Below are positions 1-12,853 of a stretch of 64,000 nt of DNA, piece by piece. A program made the position numbers and the translations under genes. Position 1 is the stretch's first letter; each line of letters begins with the position of its first letter. The notes under the pieces are model-generated. The model was not told the DNA's origin, did no database searches, and saw only the letters and a program-made list of their open reading frames with translations. Source of the stretch: Felis catus (Eukaryota); assembly GCF_018350175.1 (NCBI RefSeq), contig NC_058369.1, forward strand, positions 26,600,001-26,664,000, written 5' to 3'.

Positions 1-129
1 TGTTAGAGGTTTATAAAAAAAAGGTGTAACTTTTCCCCTGCAAGTTTATGAGACTCTAAATGGTTTCTTACTATGACTTGGGGATCTGTAGATTCAGAAA
101 AAAAGATTTATTCTTCTGATGGGGAATAT

Positions 130-540
130 GTTTTGGGAGTGGCAGTCCAGGGCTGGTGCAGCTGCTCAAGGAAGAATCAAGGGTTCAGACTTCCGGCTTC
201 TTGTTCTGATATCCTTAGTATGTGACTTTGGTCCTCATGGCTACAAAATGGATGTAGCACCTCCAGGCTTTGCTTCTGCATTTCAGTTAGGAAGAAGAGG
301 GGAGAGGAAGAGGGAAAAGGTATGTGCCATCTGAGTCTGTCTGTTATCAGAAAAACAATAATTTTCTTGGAAACCCCTTTCGGTTTTCTTCAGTTGACAC
401 CTCCTTAGCCAGAACTGGTGACTTGGTCACCTCCAGCTACATGGGAATCTGGGGAGAGAGTATTCTAACCGGGTACACTGCTGCCCAAACGAGGGTGGTG
501 TTAGCAAGGCTAAGCGGAGGGGACATTGGGTAGATCAACC
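130..540 (-). mobile_element. Old MaLR (MLT1J/K-like) LTR remnant
   Basis: MLT1-type motifs (gcagtccagggctggt, caaaatggatgtagcacctccagg, gccagaactggtgac). Confidence 0.55.
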
Positions 541-566
541 AATGTTGGCTATAACTATTGTCTAAT

Positions 567-616
567 TTTTATTTATTTATTTATCTAATTAATTAAATTA
601 TTTTTAATGTTTATTT

Positions 617-661
<45 letters not shown>

Positions 662-833
662 CGCAAGTGGGGGAGGGGCAGAGAGAGAGAGGGAGACACA
701 GAATCCAAAGCAGTCTCCAGGCTCTGAGCTGTCAGACAGAGCCTGACACAGGGCTTGAACTCACAAACTGCCAGATCATGCATGACCTGAGCTGAAGTTA
801 GAAGCTTAACTGAATGAGCCACCCAGGTGCCCC
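567..833 (-). mobile_element. CanSINE (tRNA-derived carnivore SINE)
   Basis: Reverse complement of GGGGCACCTGGGTGGCTCA head, (CT)n tract and A-rich tail. Confidence 0.95.
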
Positions 834-839
834 TAATTT

Positions 840-1105
840 CTTTCTTTCTTTTTTTTTTAAAGATGTGTTTGTTTCCTTTTTTTTTTTTTTAAGTTTATTT
901 ATTTATTTTGAGAGAGAGAGAGTGAGAACAAGGGAGACAGTATGAGCAGGGTAGGAGCAGAGAAAGAAGGAGAGAGAATCCCAAGCAGGTTCTACGCTGT
1001 CATCATGGAGCTCGATGTGGGGCTTGATCCCACAATATGTGAGATCAACACCTGAGCCAAAACCAAGAGTTGGATGCTTAACTGACTGAGCCACCCAGGC
1101 ACCCC
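840..1105 (-). mobile_element. CanSINE
   Basis: Head at 1105, CT-rich region and poly(A) tail. Confidence 0.93.
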
Positions 1106-2055
1106 TGTTGTCTGATTTCTCGACAAGTTTTCTCCCCATAATCTTCTGATTTCCATCATTCCCATTTGGATTAGCTGTGGAGGGATTCAAGGTCAGCCTC
1201 ACTCATTCATTTATTCATTCATACATTCATTCACTGCTTATTGAAGGTCCTGCTAGGCACTGAGTCAACTATGTTGAACAAAACAGCCGTGATCTGGAGT
1301 TCTCATGGAGATGATAGAAAATGTAGTGGGATTATAAATTCATGAATGGTGAAGAAACACAGCTTCTTTATTTCCTATAACTTGTCCATCCTACCTCTTA
1401 ACCTTCTCCTGCTGGGAAGAGACCAAGCTTAAAGGAGCCAGTTAATAATATCTCAGGTTCTTATGGTTTCAACGGTCTCTTTTCAGTTTAAATATCCAGT
1501 GTGTTCAAAGTTCACCTGCCTCCCTCAGTTGGTCCCACTCCAGAGCATGTGGAAATAGCAGGGGTCCGCCATATGTCCCTGAAAACGGTGGGAGGCTTGG
1601 GAAGCCAGACCCCTGCCCTGCTCCACCTTGCCATGTGCACACTGTACACCCTCTGCTGCGTCTAGTGCCTGTGAATTGGGGCAGATGATTCTGGACGAGA
1701 GCTGATCCCACCAGCGCAGTGAATGTGAAGTAGGCAAGGCCTCTGCCATCACCCGCCTAAGACACCTTCTCATCCTGGGGCCTTGGCTCCAAGGGCAAAG
1801 CTCCACCCCCGTGTCCCTATCTGTTCCCCTCGCCACTTCTCAGATGCCTGCACCTGTCTCATTTCTCCCTAAAGCTGGCAATATGGGAGTCCTCTGTCCC
1901 CTCCACCGGTCTGCTTGGTATGTGAAGAAAGATCGTATTAGTTAGAAATATTGGTCTCTTCTACCTGCAGAGACAAGCTAGCAGGTCAGGTCAGTTTTTG
2001 CTTTCTCAGTAAGATGAATGTACTGACAGCCAGGATCTCGGGAGCAGGACTTAGA

Positions 2056-2086
<31 letters not shown>

Positions 2087-2100
2087 AGATGTGTGTGTCC
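2056..2100. repeat. (GT)n microsatellite
   Basis: Directly visible. Confidence 0.95.
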
Positions 2101-3119
2101 GTGTGCATTGGTGGGAGGGGGTGGGGATGGGGATTAAAAGACATTCCTTTGCTATTTGCGGTCCAACATCCCTATTACCCAAAGAATTAATGTTTAGAAA
2201 CTGAGTTTTTTTTATGGTTATGCTGGACACGGCACTATAGCTTCTAATAAAAATTCAATCAATCTATAAGCAAGGAGGCAGGGCAGTGTTTTGATTAATT
2301 CTCTGGTTAACCAAGGATTAATTTAAATTCCTGCTTTGTTCCAGAATTGTAATGCAAAATCCTTGTAAAGTGTTAGTGTCCTCCCTTTCTCTCTTCCTCT
2401 GTTGACAATTGCTAGCGTGGACTCTGAAGTCACCGCCCAGTATGTGTACAGACGAAGAAAATGCCTCAGGGCCACAGCTTCCAGAAGGTCTTGGAAAAGC
2501 TGCTATTTTGACTCCTTGCTGGATTTAAACTCATTTTGCCATGTGCCCCTTTATCCTGAGTTAGTGTAACAAAATTAGATTCCCTGTGAGTCAAGTTCTA
2601 GTGCATCGGGGTCTTAGAAGGCTGTCAACTCTGCAGGGATGGGGGCAGTGTCTACCTCGTGTGCCAGCTTGCAGGGCCTGCCTGGCACACAATAGATGCT
2701 TTATGATATATCTAAATGAGCAAATGGCTCTTGTTAGCCAACAGTTCACCCTACAGGCATTAATATTCCCTCTGATCCTTCAGGCTACCCTCTGTGAAAG
2801 AGCTCTATCTGATAAAGTGGAATCTCACCTGGCTGGGGGCGCGATAAAGAATGCGTATCATCCAGTTCTCTTTCCTCCATTGCATTCCTGGGAAACTTGT
2901 GTCTTCCCAGAAGAGCTGGAACTCAGTGCTTGGCTTCTCTCTCCCCGACGAACCAGCTTAGGCTCCCCCACTTTGTGTCCTCTGGATATGAGGATGTGAA
3001 CCACAGCCGTTACGACTGTGGGCTCTGGGACCAGACAGGGCTTCTTGAAGTCCACATCCTAGTAGAAAGACTGTCCCAGAGGCTCCCCTTCCATCACTAC
3101 ATTCAAGTCGCTCTGGCCT

Positions 3120-4082
3120 TCTCCATGCCTTTGAACATGCCAAGCACAGTCTTGTCTCCAGGCCCTTTGCTAGTGGTTTTTCTACCCAGAAACCACTTCC
3201 CAGAGTGGCTCACTCCTTAGCTTTCAAACCTCTGGTCAAATGTCTCCTTGGAGGGGCTTTCTTGCCAACACCAGTCTTATGAAGGGAGAAGACAGGATTC
3301 AGTAGGCAGACAGGGAAAGATTAGGGCCTGAAGTCCTGGGGTGGGGAAAAACACCTATTTTGGAACAATGCTGGGAGTGTCTGACCACAGCAAATGCCCT
3401 CAGGCGTAAGGTTCCTCTTAAGAATGTAACATACCCCACCTACTCCCCCTCAGGTTTCCCCTCAAGAATTTGACAAAAGACCTAAGTAGGGCCAGAGACC
3501 ACCCTCAAACAATGGAAACAAGCCAATCAGGAGTAGACAACCCAGCGCCTACAGCTATAAAGCTGATAAGGGCAGAACCTGAGAAGGAACTAGGGGGCAG
3601 GGGTGGGAGAGGGCTGACAAGAACCCTATAAAACAAGGACCCTTGCTTGTAGTCCTTGGGCAGGGCATTCACTTTCGAACGTCTCCTCTCTGTAAAGAGA
3701 CCTTTCCTACTATTCTTTCTTTCTTACCTTATATTCTAATAAACTTCTGCCTGATGCTCATTTTGTGTCCACCTCTTTATTCTTCGAAGCAGTGAGACAA
3801 CGAATCCCGGGTGTTGTGGTAAAGAATCCTGAAACACTCTCAAGCAAGTCCTCCTTCCCTGCCAGTTCCCTTGCGACGGACTCCCTGCTTTATTTTCTTC
3901 TGGCACATTCCAGCCTGTGCGGTTGTCCATGTGTTTATGCAGACCCCCCACTGGAATGTCAGCGGTATGAGGACAGGGGCGTTTCCTGCCTTGTTTTCTG
4001 TTGACCTCCACTGCTCAGAACAGGACCTGATACAATGTAGACAGTTGAAATCTATTTGTTGCAATGAAGAGAGGAATGAATA
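3120..4082 (+). mobile_element. L2 3' fragment interrupted by an LTR
   Basis: L2-type 3' sequence ending atttgttgcaatgaa...gaatgaat, present on both sides of 3280-3836. Confidence 0.65.
3280..3836 (+). mobile_element. Solo ERV LTR (ERV1-like, probably carnivore lineage)
   Basis: TG...CA ends, TATAAAA at 3627-3633, AATAAA at 3738-3743; interrupts an L2. Confidence 0.8.
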
Positions 4083-5414
4083 AAATCGCCTAAAGCTTGC
4101 TCAGACTCGGTTTCCTCAACTATCAAATGGCTATAATATCTTCCAGGTTGTCATGAAGATTAGTTGAGATCATGCGTGGAAGTGATGGCCTTCATAGGAG
4201 CTCTTGATATAAGATGCTGAATTTGAAGTCTTCCTTGGCCACCGAATATGTTCTGGGCTCCAAGGATCAGTAAGGTAACTCCAGACCTTATTAATTAATA
4301 GCTCTGACTTTTAGCTCTGCTGTGTGGACAGGTAGAAGAAATATCCCTGCGAACAACGAAATTCCTTAAAGCAGAACACTGCCACCTGGCACATTATTGT
4401 TATTTCAAAGCTAGTGCTTTGAGGCGTTTGGGAGCAATCTCCTTGAAGGCATTCCTCTAGCTAAGGCATTAGAGCTCAGACTATAATTTCACTGTAAATG
4501 TGTCTTTCCTCTTTAAGCAGAGGGTCATTAAGTTTAATAGTGTCAAAGTGCTCTCTGTATTACATGCAACTTAATTAGCACACCCGGAATTATTAAACAG
4601 CCCGTTCGCACTGAGAAATATATTTATACTTCTTTTTCCTTGGCTTATACCGATTTATCCGGCAGCACACCGTAACTGTAAATTACAAAGGAGTAATTAT
4701 TTGCTCCTAAAAAGGAAGAAAGAAATTGAAATGTGGACGGGTACATGCTTGGCTGGGATGGGGACTCAGGGGGCATGCGGTGGGAAGGAAAGCTTGGTGG
4801 GCATCTCATGTCTTCAAGAAAGGTTTCCTCGACTCCAAAACTGGGTTAGGTCTCCTAGTTGTGTCTTCTGGAACTCTTCTTCCTCAACACATGTATCCCA
4901 TAGGTTTCTCTGTTTACCACCTGTCTCCCACTCTAGATAGGAGAGCAGAAGTGCAGCTGCTTCTTTATAAAGCAGATCTTTATTCAATACCTGCTCTGGG
5001 CCAGGGATTTTGTCATTGTGGGTATGTGGGTTGGGGACAGGGTTACAACGGTCATCAAAAACAGAGTTGCTGACTTTATGGAGTTTACAGCCGAGACGAG
5101 AAGATGGATGTTAAATATATATAAAAAAAATTACAACCACAATAAGGTATTTAGTGCTATGAGTGTCTATTTTGGAAGTCCGACCTAGTCAGGGAGCTCA
5201 GGAAAGTTTTTCACAAAGAAGCAATGTTTAAGCTGAGACCTCAAGGATGTGTGGGCATTAACAGCCTGAAGAGGGGAGAGAGAAAGCAAAAGCAAAGGCC
5301 CTGAGGCAGAGGAATCCAGGGACAAGCACGAGAAACCTAAAACAGGCCAATGTGGGGGTCAGTGGTCCAGACGAGTCTGGAGGTGGGGGTAGGGCTACAC
5401 CACATAAGACTTTG

Positions 5415-5775
5415 AGGCTTGCTCTTGTGGAACATTTGCTCCTTCCCTCTTGGGAAGGCCCAAGCCATGTGGAAAGGCCACACACAGACACTCCAGTCAA
5501 TAGTCCAGTTAAAGCTCAGCCTTCACGTCACCCCAGTCCAGGCACCAGACCTCTGCATGAAGCTTCCAGATGATTCCAGTTGCCAGATGTCTAGTCACCT
5601 CTGCCCATTTTGGCCCTTCCAGCTGAGGCCCTAGACCTCGTGAAGCTGAGGTAGACTATCCAGCTGATCCCTCTCTGAATTTCTGACCCCCAATCCATGA
5701 GCATGCCATCATGGTGGTGGTTTTACACCATGTAGGCTTGGGTGGTTCGATATGTAGCAGCAGGTAACCAGAACA
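5415..5775 (+). mobile_element. MaLR MLT1-type LTR
   Basis: gccatgtggaaaggccacac motif and 3' end gtagcagcaggtaaccagaaca. Confidence 0.7.
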
Positions 5776-5982
5776 TGTGTCAAGGAGACAGGATGGGCAG
5801 TTTTGCCAAGGATAGCAGGTGGCAGCTACCATCACCTGTTCTACAATCACCTGTTCTGCTTCCAGGCCCTTCTTCTGCGGGTGATGGGGTGGAAGACCTG
5901 GGACGTGCCATCTTCAATGCAAGGGCTTGCCTCTTCTCTTTCAGGGAGGAGAGGGAATTGAGTGGACGCGTTACTCCCTCAG

Positions 5983-5987
<5 letters not shown>

Positions 5988-6014
<27 letters not shown>
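5988..6014. repeat. Poly(T) tract
   Basis: Directly visible. Confidence 0.9.
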
Positions 6015-6015
<1 letters not shown>

Positions 6016-7014
6016 CCGTTTTCCAGGTGTGAAAGTCACACACTGGCTGTGATTATCTGCCTGAGTCCTTATTTAATTGTTATTTTGGGATCAGTTGTTT
6101 TTGAAAGATCCCCCAGCTGATACACATTGCTGGTGTTTTGCCAAGAGAGATAAACAGTCTCAGCTTGTACCGCAACTGGATTCAGTGTGAGCAAAATATA
6201 GCAGCTGTCTCCCAGCAGAGCCGTCTGCCCTGGAAATACCTGGGTGGCCTGATTCAAATTCACCTTTCAAATCTTTACCTTGTCAATTTTGGTAATGCAC
6301 AGATGCTCTGGTCCTTCGGGACCGCCTAATCAGGTTTCTAACACCTCAAACAGTTGCACTCCCTGAAAAGTGTCCTGGAGAGCAACTTAATCTTCATTGC
6401 CCCAAACTAGTGATTATTCTATTCAACCAAAATGGAGACGTAAAACCCAGTGCTGAGCAAATGTTCACTTCTGTGGTCTGTAAAGAATGTTATGAATTAA
6501 ACTGAAAATTGAAATTACTCAGCACAATAATAAATGCTTACTGAGTGTTGTTATTTTGCACATCAGGTGGTAAAACTGTAACTGTGAATAAATTGCTCAT
6601 AGTAAGATTTCCACCCCCCCCCCCCCATGCTGTAGTGGCAGATGGGCTAATAAATATGCAACACTTTGTACCGACATTTGCAATTTCAGAGGGGTAAAGG
6701 CTCCCCCTTCTCTTCCATACAAACAAAATGCACAATCATCCAATATTGTACTTTTTAATGGAAAAACTTAACTCATGTAATGTAAATAGCATTCCATTTT
6801 CAACAATTTTACTAGTTTAGCAACAGTTATAATGTGAAAGAACACATAAGCTGGTATTTATGTTCTTTCCTTGCAAGAGCATTTTCTTTCTGTATGGGAC
6901 TTTGAATTTAGGGAGCATTCTTGTACCTTAACTGGCAGTTAAGGTGGGGCATCAGTAAGTAAGCATTTATTATATGTCCCGTTTGCTTTTAGTTGACATG
7001 AGGCCATGTGAATG

Positions 7015-7230
7015 ATGGTCAGGAGCAGGCTGCGGTGACAGGCAGGCCTCTGACCCTCCTTAGCTGGGTGACCTTGGGAAGATCCCGTTCCCTCTCTGGT
7101 CCTCAGTTTTTGCATCTGCCACTTGGACTCTAAGTTCACATTACCCCTTAGGGCTAGCACGAGGCTTAAATAATGCAGGTAGTCCCTGGCCCATGGTCGC
7201 GCTCAATTGACTGTTTGCTTTTATTATGAT
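7015..7230 (+). mobile_element. MIR SINE
   Basis: MIR core (gctgggtgaccttggg...cctcagtttttgcatctg). Confidence 0.6.
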
Positions 7231-7310
7231 GGAGGTGGCTGAGAGAGGTAGAGTTAATAAAAACCTTTGTTCTGAGGAAGGATGACTACAGTTAAAAATA
7301 TACTAGTGAC

Positions 7311-7524
7311 AGGGAGCCTGGGTGGCTCAGTCAGTTGAGCATCTGACCCTTGATTTCACTGCTCAAGTCATGATACCAGGGTGGTGGGATTGAGCCCCAT
7401 GTCAGGCTCCACACTGAGGGTCAGCCTGCTTAAGATTCTCTCTCTCCCTCTCCCTTTGCTTCTCTCCCTCACTTGTGCTCTTTCTCTCTCTCTCTCTAAA
7501 AAAAAAAAAAAAAAAAAAAAAAAA
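7311..7524 (+). mobile_element. CanSINE followed by (CA)n (7529-7569)
   Basis: Head gggagcctgggtggctcag, CT tract, long poly(A). Confidence 0.93.
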
Positions 7525-7527
7525 GCG

Positions 7528-7564
<37 letters not shown>

Positions 7565-7925
7565 ACACAATTGTAGCAGGGGAGGTGCCAGGACTCTTAG
7601 AGGTCCAAATAATTGCTTTAAAGAGTCATCGCTTTCAGATGAAAATGAAGTCATCTATATTTTTTATCACAGACATGGGGGGAGACTTTTCTTTCTAAAA
7701 TGTGCTCAACTTCTTTTATTTGTAAGCAGGGCAGAGGAGTAACATTGCCTTAGCTGTTCTGGAGAGCTGGGCAGGGTGCCACTGTCTAGGGGCTCCGGTG
7801 GGGTTGATGATTTCAACACTGTTGTAGCCACCAGATTCACTAAGACACGTGACATCTTCAGAGAAATAATTGCATAGGGCAAATCGATGGGGTTTTTCCA
7901 GAGATGAGATTCTTGGCTCCAGCAG

Positions 7926-9334
7926 TGTATCGGTGAGAACCAGCTTATGCTGCAGAAACACACAGCCCTCAACTCTAACTCAAAACAACAAAGGTTTATT
8001 TCTTGCCCACGCTGCATGTTCTTGCAGGTGGCAGGGGGTCCTGCTTGTCACAGTCTCTCAGGGATCTAGGCTGACAGAATAATGCAGGTGTCCATGCTAG
8101 AAGGAAAAGAGACATCTGGAGGTTCTTTCAATGGAAAGCGAGAAAAATGCTCCACAGGATGGTGACCCGTCACTAGCACTCACAAGTTGTCCGTAAAAGA
8201 GATGACTTTGCTTCACTTAACCTCAGTGGGGCTGGAAGTAGAAACCTACATGTTCTGGGAGGCAAAGAGCTGGAAATTTGGTGAGCAGCATTTATGGCAA
8301 CCACAGTACACTCTCCTTCTCACGAGGTGTTTGGTCCCTACCTCATTCTGCAGTCAAAATGTCCTCACCCTCTCCCCAGGAGAGATGCTCCCCAAGTCCC
8401 TTCCTGTTGTGCTGTGCAGCTTAAATGGCAGGATCTTGGGATAATGGACCGAGGTCTCTATATCAGGTCTAGATATGGCTTCTGTTAATCCAGAGATCTA
8501 TGAATTAACAAGACAAGTTGCACACAATACCCAGAATGCAAAGGTGGAAGAAGGACAGAATAACTGCGATGGTGATGGAGGGGCCTCCTGTCCATGGCGA
8601 TTCTGAATTTTGCTGGCAGATACCCCTTCCCTGGGTCTGGGGAATACTGCTGGATTTAGGGCTGGGTTCTGTGGCTTCCCAGTCCATCTGGATCCATCTT
8701 CTGGGTGTTTTTTCCTTTACCTTTAATCTCCTAGGCCACATCTGAAGTCAGCTTTGGAGAACATGCCTCCTTGGGAGCCAATCAGCTTTCTCAGCTGGCT
8801 TCCTGCCTGAGGAAAATTGGAGCTCCAAAGGTGGTTTTAAATCTTGAACAGCTGTAAACATTTTTAGTCCAGATGCCTGGTTTCTCTGGCTATACAGCTC
8901 TCTCAGAAACTTAATTAGCTTCTTATCTATTTGATTCTGATCAGCTTCATGTGCCCATAGTTATACTCATAGATTTTTTTCAAGGCATGACTCTCTCTTG
9001 ATTGGAACCTATTGGGCTTGACAAGGAAGCCAGGCTCTGTCTCTTTCCCAGGGCCATTTTATCTCCTCATTCCAGCAGCCAGGCCGATGGGGAAGCCAGC
9101 ACTTTGAACATTGCAGTTGTCCAGGCAGAGGGGAAAAGGCAAAGTGCAAAGAACGTTGCAAAGTTGTCCAGGCAAATGGCAAAGTGTGCCGGCACTTCAT
9201 CTCCCACCTGGAAGTGGGAGCACTTCTGCTCACATTTCATTGGCTAAAGCAAGTCATGTAGCCATTCCTCCCTCCAAGAGGGCAGCAGAGTGCAGAGAGA
9301 GCTGGAATATTTGTGAACAGCCCACATGACCACA
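7926..9334 (-). mobile_element. MaLR LTR-internal-LTR remnant (MLT1I/J-like)
   Basis: Two similar LTR-like segments (about 7926-8310 and 9050-9334) around MLT1-int-like sequence. Confidence 0.6.
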
Positions 9335-9824
9335 CGTTTTTGCATTTTGGTGAGCATGTAGTTGCATAACCAGAAAGTAAGAAGTGAGATTAAACTATAG
9401 AAGCCATTGATTATTCTGGTAAGTAGGCCAAGTCCAAAGTAGCATATTTATGAAACACAGAGTACCAAGTACCTGTCTTGAAGGTTTTGCCTGGGAAAAT
9501 ATTTGTGACTGTCCCACTGGGGAGGTAGTTGAAGGAGGGTACAAGTCCTCATGATAGAAAAACAACTGGTTAGAAGGAGGGATTCTTGAAAATTGGTTGT
9601 TCCATGGAATTTATGTTAATCACTAAAGAATTTTGGTGTTTCTTTGTGTTATTCAAAACTTCTGGGTGGATAATAAAAACTTGTTCACATGGACTTGAGA
9701 GAAGATGTCGTCCCAGATATTTATTAGAGTTAATGAGGAAATTGGATATGACCTTGTGATGAAACGAAAGAAAGGCACAGACTCTTAATTTTTGCTGAAT
9801 TAACAGAGAACTAAATCAGTAATT

Positions 9825-10053
9825 TAAAAGAGTTTTTAAATGTTTATTTTTGAGAGACAGAGAGAGAGAGAGTGTGTGTGAGCATGAGCAGGGGAGGGGC
9901 AGAGAAAGAGGGAGACACAGAATCTGAAGCAAGCAAGCTCCAGGCTCTGAACTGTCAGCACAGAGCCCAATGTAGGGCTTGAAACCACGGACTGTGAGAT
10001 CATGACCTGAGTCGAAGTCGGACGCTTAACCAACTGAGCCACCCAGGCACCCC
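9825..10053 (-). mobile_element. CanSINE with TSD CTAAATCAGTAATT
   Basis: 14-bp TSD at 9811-9824 and 10054-10067. Confidence 0.95.
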
Positions 10054-10129
10054 CTAAATCAGTAATTAAAAAAATTAATAAATGACAGTATTCCACTGAT
10101 TTTAGACTTCTGATGGTAGAGGAAATTGC

Positions 10130-11470
10130 ATGCCAGAGTTTTGATAAACATGTTGACTCTACACATTGTATTGGAGAGAACTGACATCGTTGTAATATTG
10201 AATTTTCCAATCCATGAACATGGAACATCCTTTCAATTATTTAGGTCTTTGTTGTATCTGACTTCAAAGATGACTCCTGCCTCATGAGATTTATGCCCTT
10301 GTGTAGTGTCTACTCACGTTGACTCAGAGTTAGTCTGTGTGACCAGTAGAGTATGGCAGGGATGATGGTGTGGGACATCAGAGGGTAGGTCATAAAAGAC
10401 ATAGTGGCTTTTACCTTGGCTTCTTGTATTATTTCTCTGGGGGAAGCCAACTATAATATTCCAAGGTCACCCAAGCAGCCATATGGAGAGGCTCATCAGC
10501 CTTCAGATGCCTGCAGCTTGAGATAAAATCTTGACTGCAAGTTCAGAATAGCCCCTAAGCCAAAACTGTTCATTTAAGCCACTCTTGAATTCCTGACCTA
10601 TAGAAATTGTGAGAGAATGTTTAATCTTGTTTTAAGCAGCTAAGTTTTAGGGAAATTTGTTATGCATCAATAAATAACTAATGTGGTTTTTAAATTAGCA
10701 GCAATAAATGTTTATCATTTTCTGTGTAGAGAACTTCCACATTTTTTATTAGATTTATTCTTAAGTATTTGATATTTTTTGATGTCTTATAAATAGTAAT
10801 ATATTTTTTATTTAGTTTTCCATTTTTTGGTGTCTGTTATTTAGGAAAACAATTGATTTTCATGTATTGGTTTTTGTATCCAACAATAGTAATTAATTCC
10901 CACAATTTTTAATAATTTATCTACAGATAAAATAAGACACTGTAAATAAATTTGTTAATTTTAGTAATTTATCTGTAGATTCTCTTGAGTTTTCTATGAA
11001 TACAGACAATACAACAATGTCATCTGCAAATAACAACAGTGTTGTGTCTTCCTTCCCAACTCATACATCTATTATTTCCTTTTCTTGCCTATTGCACTGG
11101 TTCAGACTATCAGGACGATGTTAAATAGAAGTGGCAACAGTGGGCATTCTTATGACATTCTCAATATCAAGGGGAGATCTTTCAATATTTCAGCACTGAG
11201 AGTTTTGCTATTCATTTCTGATACCACCTATCAGATAACGGAAGTTCTCTTCTATTCCTAGTTTCTAAGAGATTTTATCATGAATGAATGTTAAGTTGTA
11301 GCAAATGCATTTTTACACTGAAGTGATTATACAATTTTTTCTTGTTAATACAGTGAATTAAATTGATTGATTTTTGAATGTTAAACCAAACTCACATTCC
11401 TCAAGTAAACCTGACTTCATCATGATTTTGGATTTATTCCTGTTTATATATTACTGAATAAATTTTTTTT
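10130..11470 (-). mobile_element. Old L1 (L1M) ORF2 fragment interrupted by an MLT1 LTR at about 10250-10685
   Basis: Antisense L1 phrases (ttccaatccatgaacatgg, gtcatctgcaaataac, tgttaaatagaagtgg). Confidence 0.8.
10250..10685 (+). mobile_element. MaLR MLT1F/G/H-like LTR
   Basis: 3' end taagttttagggaaatttgttatgcatcaataaataactaat. Confidence 0.75.
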
Positions 11471-11824
11471 GTTGCTAGGAGCTGAATGTTTATGTCTTCT
11501 CCAAATCCACACCTTGAAGCCCTAATCCCCAGTGTGATGATACTGAAGGTGGGGCCTTTGGAAGGTCACGGAGGTAGAGCCCTCTTGCTGTGATCCGTGC
11601 CCTTATAAGGGGATGGAGAGATCAGTGGTCTTTCTCTACCAGGTGAAGATACAGAAAAAAGATGAGTGCCCACAGACCAGGAAGAGAGCTCTCAGTAGAC
11701 ACTGAACCTGTCAGTGTCCTGATCTTAGCCTTCCTAGGTTCCAGAACTATGAGAAATAAATGCTTGTTGTTCAAGCCACTCATTCCATGATATTCTGGTA
11801 TGGCAGCCTGAACTGAATAAGACA
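11470..11824 (+). mobile_element. MaLR MLT1A/B-like LTR
   Basis: ctgaatgtttatgtc...ccctaatccccagtgtgatg...gcagcctgaactgaataagaca. Confidence 0.8.
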
Positions 11825-11894
11825 ATTTTTTTTTTTTAAGGCTTTTCAGTTGTTCCCAATGGGAAGCTTGGTCTATACCAAACTAGTCAACCAG

Positions 11895-12262
11895 TATTGG
11901 AAATAAAATTCCCTGGAAGGTTTTGAGCAGATGAGTGACCCAATATGTCGTATTTTTAAGGGCTCATTCTGGCCACCATGTTGAAAATAAATTGGTTGTA
12001 GGGTGCTGGGGCAATGGTTGAAGGAAGCAGAACAGTGAGAGAGAACATTTGTGTTGGTCCAGGGTGATAGAGGTGAGCATGGTGAGAAGTAGTTGGATTC
12101 TGGATGCATTGGGGGTAAAGCCTGTGGGATTCCTGATGGTCTGAAAGTGGAGGGTGAGAGAAAGGGGAGAATCAAGGTTGCTTCCAGGTTTTCTGGTCTC
12201 GGCAACCAGAAGGGTGGGTTTGTCATTGGTTGAGACAGAGGAGACTGTGGCAGGAGAAGGAT
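11895..12262 (-). mobile_element. L2 fragment
   Basis: Antisense L2 phrases (gaaggttttgagcag, ggagaatcaaggttgcttccaggttttctgg). Confidence 0.7.
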
Positions 12263-12649
12263 TATGAATAGAGCTGGTTTGGTGAATTTTGAATGTTTAC
12301 ATTTGATATATTAACTCTTTCAATCTTCCCAAATGACAAATGTAATGTAATTGAGGTGTTCATAAAATAAAGTTTATTTTTTAAAAAGTATTTCACCACA
12401 CACTACAAGTGAGGTGGTTCAGTAATATGAGTTCATTTGGAAGATGAAGGATGACCATCTTCTTTGCTGTAAATGTGTGTCTAACCCCACTCTGAGATGA
12501 TCACCTTTGTGATCATGAAGCCCAGCTCAAATGGGATTTTCTGCTTCTGCTATGACAATCCCTGAATATAGACTTTATTTGATTATTGATGTGTCAAAAA
12601 AGCCTTGTCAATCCTGTTCTGGAGAAGGAAGAGTTAGAGCCATTTTAGT

Positions 12650-12853
12650 ATAATTTTTTTTCATTTATTTATTTTATTTTCGAGACAGACTGAGCAAGCG
12701 CAAGTGAGCAGGGAAAGGGCAGAGAGAGAGGGAGAGAGAGAGAGGATCCCAAGCAGGCTCTGCACTGCCAGCACAGTGCCCAACTCGGGGCTCGATCCCA
12801 CCGACTGTGAGATCCTGACCTGAAGCTTCGCCGACTGAGCCACCCAGGTGCCC
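12650..12853 (-). mobile_element. CanSINE with internal deletion
   Basis: Imperfect TSD agagcc(a/t)t(t/a)ttag. Confidence 0.92.

Noticed and set aside
2113..2133. G-quadruplex-like run GGGAGGGGGTGGGGATGGGG
   Set aside because: Common next to microsatellites; no functional context.
2586..3220. 137-aa and 107-aa ORFs
   Set aside because: Overlap L2/MIR debris; no recognisable protein features.
7311..7400. tRNA-like A/B boxes at SINE heads
   Set aside because: tRNA-derived SINE promoters, not tRNA genes; no cloverleaf with an acceptor stem.
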